A DNA stretch of 32,000 nt, taken from Vibrio vulnificus CMCP6 (lineage in GTDB: Bacteria > Pseudomonadota > Gammaproteobacteria > Enterobacterales > Vibrionaceae). The notes beneath the pieces are model-generated. The model was not told the DNA's origin, ran no database searches, and saw only the letters and a list, made by a program, of their open reading frames with translations. A program made the position numbers and the translations under genes. Below are positions 1 through 7,154 of this stretch, one piece after another (position 1 is the first letter of the stretch; each line of letters begins with the position of its first letter). The stretch spans positions 210,001 to 242,000 of the forward strand of contig NC_004460.2 in assembly GCF_000039765.1 (NCBI RefSeq), read 5' to 3'.

Positions 1-523
1 CTACCGCCAGTGCGCGAACATCATCGTAGTTGATTTCGAGCGTCTCTTTATCAACGCCGTATTGAACGGCGTTAAACCATTTGCCCGAAAGAGCAGGGCG
101 TGCACCGTGAGTTAAGTGGCCACCTGCATCGAGCGACATGCCCATAATGGTGTCGCCAGGTTGCAATAGCGCCAGTTTCACCGCGCCGTTGGCTTGAGCG
201 CCAGAGTGCGGTTGAACGTTTGCGTATTCGCAATTAAAAAGTTTTTTCGCGCGTTCGATAGCGATGGCTTCCACGGTATCAACGTGTTCACAACCACCGT
301 AGTAACGACGACCTGGGTAACCTTCTGCGTATTTATTGGTGAGGCAGGTGCCTTGCGCTTGCATGACCGCTTTAGACACGATGTTCTCAGAAGCGATCAA
401 TTCGATTTGTTCATTTTGACGTGTAAATTCGGCTTGAATACCAGCAAAAACGGCATCATCCGTTGCAGACAAGTTAGTCGAGAAAAAGTTTTCCAAGCTG
501 TGATTTTGGTAATGACTATTCAT
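1..523 (-). CDS. glyA: Serine hydroxymethyltransferase, N-terminal ~174 codons (gene runs off the left edge of the window)
   Basis: My reverse-strand translation from the ATG (complement of 521-523) reads [82 protein letters not shown]...GGHLTHGA. This is the conserved SHMT N-terminus. The frame stays open to position 1, and it is absent from the ORF track because there is no stop in the window. Confidence 0.9.
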   Translation of the reverse strand, partial: MNSHYQNHSLENFFSTNLSATDDAVFAGIQAEFTRQNEQIELIASENIVSKAVMQAQGTCLTNKYAEGYPGRRYYGGCEHVDTVEAIAIERAKKLFNCEYANVQPHSGAQANGAVKLALLQPGDTIMGMSLDAGGHLTHGARPALSGKWFNAVQYGVDKETLEINYDDVRALAV

Positions 524-772
524 GGTAGATAACCTTTCAATCATCCGTCGAATCGGCGTCTTTGCTTTACGATCCGACCGTCCTTTATAACAACCGTTTG
601 GCGCTGTTTTTGTGATTTGTTTTCACACACCAAACAGAGTGAATTCCGTCCCAAATGGGTTCAAAAGGCCGCTGAATAGCATCAAATCCATTGTCTATTT
701 CAAGCGGAAAAAGCATCTCTTCATCTAACAAGTCGGTAACATACCCGTTGTTCAGTGAACAATCAACAAAAA

Positions 773-786
773 TTTCCTATAGGAAA
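773..786. promoter_or_regulatory. Perfect 14-bp palindrome TTTCCTATAGGAAA in the glyA / XRE-regulator divergent intergenic region; candidate operator
   Basis: The palindrome is read directly from the sequence. The 13-mer AAATTTCCTATAG (770-782) recurs identically at 1545-1557. The binding protein is unknown. Confidence 0.4.
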
Positions 787-906
787 CAGAGATTCGGATT
801 TTGTTAACAGGAGCACGCTTTATTTAACTTGGTGGACTTTTCTCCACTTTACGCTTCATGCACAATGTTTTGTAAACAGGAAGCGTATAAGAAACATGAG
901 GGATTT

Positions 907-1530
907 ATGTCGGAAGAATTGTATGACGAGTACCCGTCCCTGACATTAGCGAAAGAATCGCAAGAGCAAAATATCGAGCCATTGAAGCTTGGCCAACGCA
1001 TTAAAGAAGTGCGCTCACGCCTCGGTATTACGCTTGAAGAAGCCAGCCAACGAACCGGTTTGGCGCGTTCAACACTGAGCAAAATCGAGAACGAACAGAT
1101 TTCTCCTACCTTTCAAGCAATGCAGAAACTCGCGCACGGTTTGAAAATTGATATGCCACAACTCTTTGAACCGCCAAGAAAAAAGGTTGCAACTGGACGT
1201 CGTGATATTACGTTGGCAGGGCAAGGAAAACCACACCCAACACAAACTTACGAGCACGAACTGTTGGCCACTCAGCTGTCGAATAAAAAGATGATGCCGT
1301 TCAAAAGTGTGGTGCATGCGCGCACGTTTGAAGAGTATGGCGATTGGGTTCGTCACGATGGCGAAGAGTTCTTGCTGATCTTATCTGGCGCGGTGCAATT
1401 CTATTCTGAGTTCTATGAGCCTGTGGTTCTGAGCGAAGGGGACAGCGTCTATTACGATGCGAACATGGGGCATATGTTGGTCTCCGTTAGTGAGGAAGAT
1501 GCGCACATTTTGTGGGTGACAGCAAAATAG
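907..1530 (+). CDS. XRE-family HTH transcriptional regulator with C-terminal cupin domain (PuuR/SutR-like architecture)
   Basis: Part of ORF 829..1530. HTH_3 signature LGQRIKEVRSRLGITLEEASQRTGLARSTLSKIENEQISPTFQAMQKLAHGL, followed by a cupin-like C-terminus (HDGEEFLLILSGAVQF...GDSVYYDANMGH). I prefer the ATG at 907 because of the GAGGGA Shine-Dalgarno at 896-901; the track start at 829 is a TTG. Confidence 0.85.
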   Translation: MSEELYDEYPSLTLAKESQEQNIEPLKLGQRIKEVRSRLGITLEEASQRTGLARSTLSKIENEQISPTFQAMQKLAHGLKIDMPQLFEPPRKKVATGRRDITLAGQGKPHPTQTYEHELLATQLSNKKMMPFKSVVHARTFEEYGDWVRHDGEEFLLILSGAVQFYSEFYEPVVLSEGDSVYYDANMGHMLVSVSEEDAHILWVTAK

Positions 1531-1547
1531 TTTTAAAAAGATGTAAA

Positions 1548-1562
1548 TTTCCTATAGTGAAA
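1548..1562. promoter_or_regulatory. Second copy of the TTTCC-N-GAAA motif (TTTCCTATAGTGAAA)
   Basis: Shares the 13-nt string AAATTTCCTATAG with the 770-782 copy. It lies 18 bp after the regulator stop codon and overlaps the PurR-like box by 2 nt. Confidence 0.35.
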
Positions 1563-1576
1563 GCAAACGTTTGCTT
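1561..1576. promoter_or_regulatory. PurR-box-like perfect 16-bp palindrome AAGCAAACGTTTGCTT
   Basis: The core CAAACGTTTG matches the enterobacterial PurR operator consensus (ACGCAAACGTTTTCNT type). In E. coli, glyA and gcvTHP are PurR regulon members. Confidence 0.45.
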
Positions 1577-1598
1577 TTGTTTGAAACAAGATTAGAAT

Positions 1599-1640
1599 AG
1601 CGCCGCTCTGATGATAATTCCGTCAATGCGGCGCTTTTTT
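1599..1640 (+). terminator. Rho-independent terminator downstream of the XRE-cupin regulator
   Basis: AGCGCCGC (1599-1606) pairs with GCGGCGCT (1628-1635). An inner helix forms between TGATG and CGTCA. A TTTTTT run follows (1635-1640). Confidence 0.7.
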
Positions 1641-1819
1641 GTGGCTGCTTAATGTGATTAAATTGTTAAAAGTCACATTTTGAGCAGGACCCAGTAGGTT
1701 GAACGTGCAAATTAGCACAACACATGTTTATTATTGGAAACACAGTTTCCTTTGAGTGGAAATCTGGACAATTAATTGCTGATAGATCGCTGTGATGGGT
1801 CTAGCTAATGGAGACGAAA

Positions 1820-2953
1820 ATGACTCAAGAACAATCAGACCAAGTACTACTTAAAACACCACTTCACGCATTGCACATTGAAGTGGGTGCGAAAATGGTG
1901 CCATTCGCTGGTTACGACATGCCAGTTCAATACCCGTTAGGTGTGAAGAAAGAACACTTGCACACGCGTGAAGCGGCAGGCCTGTTTGATGTGTCTCACA
2001 TGGGGCAGCTAAGACTGCACGGTGCGGGCGCAGCAGCGTTTCTTGAGTCACTGGTTCCAGTGGATATCGCTGATTTGGGTGAAGGCAAACAGCGTTACGC
2101 GTTTTTCACCAACGAGCAGGGCGGCATTATGGACGACCTCATGGTGGCTAACCTAGGTGATCATCTGTTTGTTGTCGTCAATGCGGCATGTAAAGAGCAA
2201 GACATCAACCATCTGCAAGCACATATTCCATCAGACGTTGAACTTGAAATCATTGATGATCGCGCACTGCTTGCTATTCAAGGTCCAAAAGCGGTTGAGG
2301 TGTTGAGCCGCTTCCAACCTGCCGTGGCTGAGATGCTGTTTATGGACGTGCAAAAGCTTGAATTGCTTGGCGTAGAATGCATCATCTCTCGCAGCGGCTA
2401 TACTGGAGAAGACGGCTACGAAATTTCTGTACCAGCAGACAAAGCAGAAGCGCTTGCTCGTGCATTGACCGCGGAAGAAGAAGTCGAATGGATCGGTCTT
2501 GGTGCACGTGATTCGTTACGTCTAGAGTGTGGTTTGTGTTTGTACGGTCATGATCTTGATGAAACCACCACGCCAGTAGAAGCCAGCCTATTGTGGGGCA
2601 TTCAGAAAGTTCGCCGCGCAGGTGGTGAGCGTGAAGGTGGCTTCCCAGGGGCAGACATCATCCTTAAGCAGATTGAAACGAAGGATGTATCTCGCAAGCG
2701 TGTTGGTCTGGTTGGTCAAACCAAAGCACCAGTCCGTGAAGGTGCAGAGCTGTTTGATGGAGAAGGTAATAAAGTGGGTGTAGTAACCAGTGGTACCGCA
2801 GGTCCAAATGCGGGCAAGCCAGTGTCCATGGCTTACCTACGTTCAGACCTAACGGAAATCGGCACTGAAGTGTTTGCTGAAGTTCGTGGCAAACTGCTAC
2901 CAATGACGGTAGAGAAAATGCCGTTTGTACCACAACGCTACTACCGTGGTTAA
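1820..2953 (+). CDS. gcvT: Aminomethyltransferase, glycine cleavage system T protein
   Basis: Part of ORF 1808..2953. Typical GcvT motifs: LFDVSHMGQ, RSGYTGEDGYEIS, GLGARDSLRLE. I prefer the ATG at 1820 (GGAGA at 1810-1814); the ATG at 1808 is also possible. Confidence 0.95.
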   Translation: MTQEQSDQVLLKTPLHALHIEVGAKMVPFAGYDMPVQYPLGVKKEHLHTREAAGLFDVSHMGQLRLHGAGAAAFLESLVPVDIADLGEGKQRYAFFTNEQGGIMDDLMVANLGDHLFVVVNAACKEQDINHLQAHIPSDVELEIIDDRALLAIQGPKAVEVLSRFQPAVAEMLFMDVQKLELLGVECIISRSGYTGEDGYEISVPADKAEALARALTAEEEVEWIGLGARDSLRLECGLCLYGHDLDETTTPVEASLLWGIQKVRRAGGEREGGFPGADIILKQIETKDVSRKRVGLVGQTKAPVREGAELFDGEGNKVGVVTSGTAGPNAGKPVSMAYLRSDLTEIGTEVFAEVRGKLLPMTVEKMPFVPQRYYRG

Positions 2954-3008
2954 TGAGGCGTTGAGCTAAGTTACCGCAAATACGACGTTTATTTTTGCGA
3001 ATAATTGG

Positions 3009-3046
3009 CACCGCGCTTCTAACATAGGGGCGCGGTGTTATGTTTT
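3009..3046 (+). terminator. Terminator-like hairpin after gcvT, abutting the protease start codon
   Basis: CACCGCGC (3009-3016) pairs with GCGCGGTG (3030-3037) around a 13-nt loop, followed by TTATGTTTT. The ATG of the next gene (3040) sits inside the U-rich tail. Confidence 0.45.
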
Positions 3047-4134
3047 CAGCACAATCTTTAGCGAAGTTTTCCTTCCTTTCTGTACTTTTCTCCGCAGCGA
3101 CAATGGCGGGTGAAGTGGAAAGCCGCATCGTCAATGGCACGGTCGTTGATGTAAACCGATACGCCTCCTTTGCTAGTCTTTTCTACGATTCCCTTGAATA
3201 CGATGGCGGTTACTACTCCGGTGCTTCTTGTGGAGCCACCATTCTCGATGTCGACCATGTGCTAACGGCTGCCCATTGTGTGGAAGAGTTGGGCTCATTA
3301 GCGCTGTTTCTGGTGGTGGTGCCGCAGCTTCAAGATGAAAACGACTATCCGTTTGGTAACATTCAGCGCCACCGAGTAGCGAAAATTTTCTATCCCGATA
3401 ATTTCTCAAACAGTTCTTCCACGCTGTTTCCAAACGACATTGCCATTCTCAAACTCGAAACGTCGATGAATATTGATTCGGTCAATGACGTGATTAGACG
3501 TCCGCAAAATGAGGTGTACCGCAATGCCTCGGAAACTTTCTTTGCCGTAGGGCATGGAAATACGCGCTCGGGCTTTGACAGCGAATCGCAACTGCAAGAA
3601 ACACCACTCACGTACATCAGTAACACCCAATGTGCCAATGTGTTTTCCGCCGGAAATTATTTGTCCAGCAAGCAGATCTGTTTTGATGGCGATTTTAGCC
3701 AAAGCAGCCAATTGAAAAACAGCACATGTCAGGGTGACTCCGGTGGGCCAGTGTATTGGGAGAACAATGGGGTGATGATGCAAGTGGGCGTGACCAGCTT
3801 TGGCCCAAATATTTGCGGTGATCCCAATTGGGCCGTAACGTCGGTGTTTACCGAAATTACCGACTACGCCGCTTGGATAGACAGTGTATTGGCAGGTAAT
3901 GAAACGGCAAAAATGACCGTGACGGAACAGATGCGATTGGATTACATGAATGGCGACACGGGCAGTGTCGATGACACAGGGTCATCTGGCAACAATGAAG
4001 AGGCCCCAATGAGTTTCGGCAGTTCCTCGGGGGGCGGCGCAGTAGGGCTATGGCTGTTGATGTGCTACCTACTGCATGCCTGTTTGACTCGCGTTCGGCG
4101 GTCTATTTTTTCACGGAAGCGCTCTAAGGAGTGA
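3040..4134 (+). CDS. Secreted trypsin-like (S1 family) serine protease with GlyGly-CTERM sorting domain (VesB-like class)
   Basis: Signal peptide MFSAQSLAKFSFLSVLFSAATMA, then an R-IVNG activation-site-like motif. Catalytic triad motifs TAAHC, NDIAILKL and GDSGGP are present. The C-terminus is SSSGGGAVGLWLLMCYLLHACLTRVRRS: a Gly run, a hydrophobic helix and a basic cluster. Confidence 0.9.
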   Translation: MFSAQSLAKFSFLSVLFSAATMAGEVESRIVNGTVVDVNRYASFASLFYDSLEYDGGYYSGASCGATILDVDHVLTAAHCVEELGSLALFLVVVPQLQDENDYPFGNIQRHRVAKIFYPDNFSNSSSTLFPNDIAILKLETSMNIDSVNDVIRRPQNEVYRNASETFFAVGHGNTRSGFDSESQLQETPLTYISNTQCANVFSAGNYLSSKQICFDGDFSQSSQLKNSTCQGDSGGPVYWENNGVMMQVGVTSFGPNICGDPNWAVTSVFTEITDYAAWIDSVLAGNETAKMTVTEQMRLDYMNGDTGSVDDTGSSGNNEEAPMSFGSSSGGGAVGLWLLMCYLLHACLTRVRRSIFSRKRSKE

Positions 4135-4849
4135 GATCTTCAATTGGGCAAAACATATCGATGACGATATCGTTCAACTTCGCTGGGTGAATCATTTGCG
4201 CTTTTTCAACACCAAACTGGTTCGCCATGATGGTATTAAACAGCTCCCAATGATTGATCAGCATTTGATCACGGTTCTCTGCATCGTCAGGCCAAGTCTC
4301 TTTCATCATCGGAGCGAGTGTGATGGCACCATGAGCAAAGATCAGCATTTGCCATTTGGATTCCCATTGATCGATGGGTGTTTCTGGGTATTCCACATTG
4401 TAGTCGGCAAATAGCTTGGTAAAGATTTCAGCGAACTCGTCTTTTGATCTGAGGAAGTATTGCAGTAGGGCGTCGTCACCTTGGCGGATCGCATCGGCAA
4501 TCATTTGGATTGGGTGAGGATTGACCAAAGCAAACGCGAGCATGCGCACCATAAACAGATAAATCTTTCGGTTTGATGGCATATCTTTTGGCATTTGGTT
4601 GATGAGTTCAGCCATGTAGAGTTGCAAAAACTCGTCCATACCATCACTGACGGCTTGCCAAATCTTCTCTTTGCTACCGAAGTGGTGGCGAATCAAACTG
4701 TGCGACACGCCTGCCTTCTCACTGATGTTTCGCAGAGAGATGCGCTCGTAACCCAACTCGCAGAACATATCGGCTGCTACTTTAAGGATCATGCACTTAG
4801 TTTGCTCGGCCGCTTCGGCACTTCTTCGACCTTGCTTTCTTTCAGTCAT
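4124..4849 (-). CDS. TetR/AcrR-family transcriptional regulator, divergent from the RND operon
   Basis: N-terminal TetR HTH: ILKVAADMFCELGYERISLRNISEKAGVSHSLIRHHFGSKEKIW. The 3' end overlaps the protease gene 3' end by 11 bp (convergent). Confidence 0.9.
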   Translation of the reverse strand: MTERKQGRRSAEAAEQTKCMILKVAADMFCELGYERISLRNISEKAGVSHSLIRHHFGSKEKIWQAVSDGMDEFLQLYMAELINQMPKDMPSNRKIYLFMVRMLAFALVNPHPIQMIADAIRQGDDALLQYFLRSKDEFAEIFTKLFADYNVEYPETPIDQWESKWQMLIFAHGAITLAPMMKETWPDDAENRDQMLINHWELFNTIMANQFGVEKAQMIHPAKLNDIVIDMFCPIEDLTP

Positions 4850-5010
4850 CGTTCGAGTTTTCTCAGATATCCATCAACGCGCCTATTTTTACCAGAAACG
4901 AGACAATTTGACCAATTCTTATATTGTCCACATGGAAAATATATTGATCATTTTTTGATTCTCCATATACTGCACAGCTGTATAGCAAAATAAAGAAGTG
5001 GAGAATCTCA

Positions 5011-6084
5011 GTGCGCAAACCCCAGATAACACGCACGTCTGTCGCTGTTGTGGTGATGCTTGGTCTATCAACACTGCTGACGGGCTGTGACAAAGCCATA
5101 TCGGAGCCTGCCGATCCTCTGATCAAACCCGTTAAGTTACTGGCGGTGGAAGATCTGAGCGTTGCTGAATCGGATGCCTTTTTAGCGCGAATCGACGCAA
5201 CGTATCGCGCTCAGCTCTCTTTCCAAGTAGGCGGTGAAATTAAGCAATTGTTGGTCAAGATGGGGGAAGAGGTGAGCCAAGGTGATGTCTTGGTGACGCT
5301 TGACCCGAAAGATTTGCAATTGGCACTTAATGCCGCTCAGGCGCAATACTCACTGGCGAAGACGGAATGGCAACGCGCCAAGCAACTGTATGAGAAAAAA
5401 CTCGTCAGCGCCGATAGCTATGATCAGCAAGAAACCCAATACAAAGCGGCGCTTGCCAATTGGGAGCAAGCCAAAACCGATCTCAGTTACACCAAAATTC
5501 ACGCGCCTTTTGATGGTGTGGTTTCTTACACCTATGTTAAACCTCATCAACTGGTGGCGGAAAAACAAGAGATCCTCAATCTTATCGACAACAGTGTGTT
5601 GGATGTGTCGTTTGCATTGCCTGTGACCTATGTTGAGTCGCTTTCTCTGGCGGCGCTTAAACATGCTGAGATGTGGGTGACGATGGACAGCGAACCTAAT
5701 AAGCGCATTTCTGGTCAGTTTAAAGAGATCTCAACTCGACCAAACCCAGACACAAACAGCTACCAAGTGATCGTCACCATCGACAGACCCGAAGATCGCA
5801 ACTTGTTAACGGGGATGACGGGGCAAGTCCACATTGCTAAGCAAAACCTCTCCAATGCGGTGATGTTGCCAAATGCTGCATGGGTGACAAAACAAGCCTC
5901 GCAAGGAGAGGTGTGGGTGATGGACAGTGAGACGCAGCGAGTCAACAAAGTGACGCTCTCTTTAAATGCTCATGGTGGCGTGGAATCTGGCCTCGACAGC
6001 AACGACTACGTGGTCATTGCGGGTGTCGAGCGTTTGGTGGAAGGTCAAGTAGTCAAAGCATGGGTGCGCGAGGAGGGTATTTAA
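5011..6084 (+). CDS. RND efflux periplasmic adaptor (membrane fusion protein) lipoprotein, subunit 1
   Basis: GTG start with AAGTGGAGA upstream. Lipobox LLTGC. HlyD/biotinyl-lipoyl-like motifs (GDVLVTLDP, YTKIHAPFDGVV). Confidence 0.85.
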   Translation: MRKPQITRTSVAVVVMLGLSTLLTGCDKAISEPADPLIKPVKLLAVEDLSVAESDAFLARIDATYRAQLSFQVGGEIKQLLVKMGEEVSQGDVLVTLDPKDLQLALNAAQAQYSLAKTEWQRAKQLYEKKLVSADSYDQQETQYKAALANWEQAKTDLSYTKIHAPFDGVVSYTYVKPHQLVAEKQEILNLIDNSVLDVSFALPVTYVESLSLAALKHAEMWVTMDSEPNKRISGQFKEISTRPNPDTNSYQVIVTIDRPEDRNLLTGMTGQVHIAKQNLSNAVMLPNAAWVTKQASQGEVWVMDSETQRVNKVTLSLNAHGGVESGLDSNDYVVIAGVERLVEGQVVKAWVREEGI

Positions 6085-7154
6085 TGAAACGTCCTTTATT
6101 ACTACTTTCAGCAATAGCGTTGGCCGTGCTGACAGGGTGTGATTCCCAGCCACAGTCGTTTAATGAGCAGCCATTGTACGTTTCAACGGTTTCTGTTGAT
6201 GCGCCTGTTAAGAGCCAGTATCGCACCTTTAAGGGCCAAGTTGTGCCCGCCGAGCAAACACCGATCGCCTTTCGCCGTGCAGGAGAAATTCAGCATGTAT
6301 TGGTCAACGCGGGCGATCTCGTCAAGCAAGGTCAGATGATCGCTAAGCTTGATGACAGCAAAGAAAAACAGGCGGTGAACGATGCACAAGCGCAGTACAA
6401 CTTGGCAATTCGTCAGCTGAAACGTGGTAACGAGCTCTACGCCAAACGGATGATTTCTAACGCGGAGTTAGATGCGCTCACGGCGAGCAAAGAATTGGCT
6501 GAAGCCAATTTTTACAACGCAACAAACCAACTCAACTACACCCGATTGTTTGCCCCGTTCACCGGTAAGATCTCGGACGTGTACAAAGAACGTTTTGAGC
6601 GTATCGCGATTGGTGAGCCGATCGTCAGTTTGTATCAAAACGACAAGGTTTACGTGCGAATTGAGTTGTCCGACAACGTGTTAGCTTTGGTGAACCCGAA
6701 CACACAAAGTATGGATTACCAGCCCCAAGCGACGTTTTCTGGCGTGCAGAAAACGTTCGCACTCAATTATTTGGAACACACCAGTGAACCGAATGCGCAA
6801 ACCCAAACTTACCAAATGTACTTATCGATGCCACAACCGTTGCAGCAAAGTGAGATCCTGCCTGGTACCAGTGTCAGCGTGCTGGTTGATATGGCGGCAG
6901 CGGGCATTACCGCCATTGATGGCTACACCATTCCGATGACAGCACTGCAAGCGGGAAGTCATGAAGGGGAGTTCTTTGTTTGGAAATTAAATGGTGACGC
7001 GGTCACTAAAGTGCCCGTGGCCATTGAACAAATCCACGGCGATGGGGCGATTGTCTCATCGGGAGTGGCACAAGGTGATGTGTTGGTGAATTCGAATTTA
7101 CGCAAGTTGCGCGAAGGCAAACACGTGGATGTGGTAGAGAAGGAACAAGAATGA
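6084..7154 (+). CDS. RND efflux periplasmic adaptor lipoprotein, subunit 2 (paralogous to subunit 1)
   Basis: ATG at 6084 overlaps the upstream TAA (TAATG), with GAGGAGGG at 6070-6077. Signal/lipobox MKRPLLLLSAIALAVLTGC. Motifs GQMIAKLDD and YTRLFAPFTGKIS. The track start at 6060 is an upstream extension. Confidence 0.85.
   Translation: MKRPLLLLSAIALAVLTGCDSQPQSFNEQPLYVSTVSVDAPVKSQYRTFKGQVVPAEQTPIAFRRAGEIQHVLVNAGDLVKQGQMIAKLDDSKEKQAVNDAQAQYNLAIRQLKRGNELYAKRMISNAELDALTASKELAEANFYNATNQLNYTRLFAPFTGKISDVYKERFERIAIGEPIVSLYQNDKVYVRIELSDNVLALVNPNTQSMDYQPQATFSGVQKTFALNYLEHTSEPNAQTQTYQMYLSMPQPLQQSEILPGTSVSVLVDMAAAGITAIDGYTIPMTALQAGSHEGEFFVWKLNGDAVTKVPVAIEQIHGDGAIVSSGVAQGDVLVNSNLRKLREGKHVDVVEKEQE

Noticed and set aside
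194-532. 112-aa plus-strand ORF in the track
   Set aside because: It is entirely antisense to the strongly conserved glyA coding sequence, its composition is non-protein-like (runs of T/V/F), and it has no motifs.
524-770. Possible ZTP, THF or glycine riboswitch in the minus-strand leader of glyA
   Set aside because: I reverse-complemented the region and found no ZTP pseudoknot core (GGGTCGTGAC...CCGGGCGGA...CCGCCTGGGC) or other recognisable aptamer signature. There are only short unconvincing stems.
849-1356. Minus-strand ORFs of 77 and 95 aa overlapping the XRE-cupin gene
   Set aside because: They are antisense shadows of a well-supported CDS. There is no Shine-Dalgarno and no recognisable domain.
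1531-1819. Possible glycine riboswitch (gcvT motif) in the gcvT leader
   Set aside because: Neither strand shows the conserved tandem-aptamer cores (GGAGAG...CACCGAAGGGGCAA / CTCTGGAGAG...ACCGAAGG). The region instead contains protein-operator-like palindromes and a terminator belonging to the upstream gene.
2664-3140. 158-aa minus-strand ORF spanning the gcvT 3' end and the protease 5' end
   Set aside because: It overlaps two confident plus-strand genes and an intergenic hairpin, and the sequence has no recognisable motifs. It is most likely a chance open frame.
4124-4134. 11-bp overlap of the convergent 3' ends of the protease and TetR genes
   Set aside because: The overlap is real, but short convergent overlaps are common. 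No hairpin or other signal is embedded, so it is not treated as a finding.
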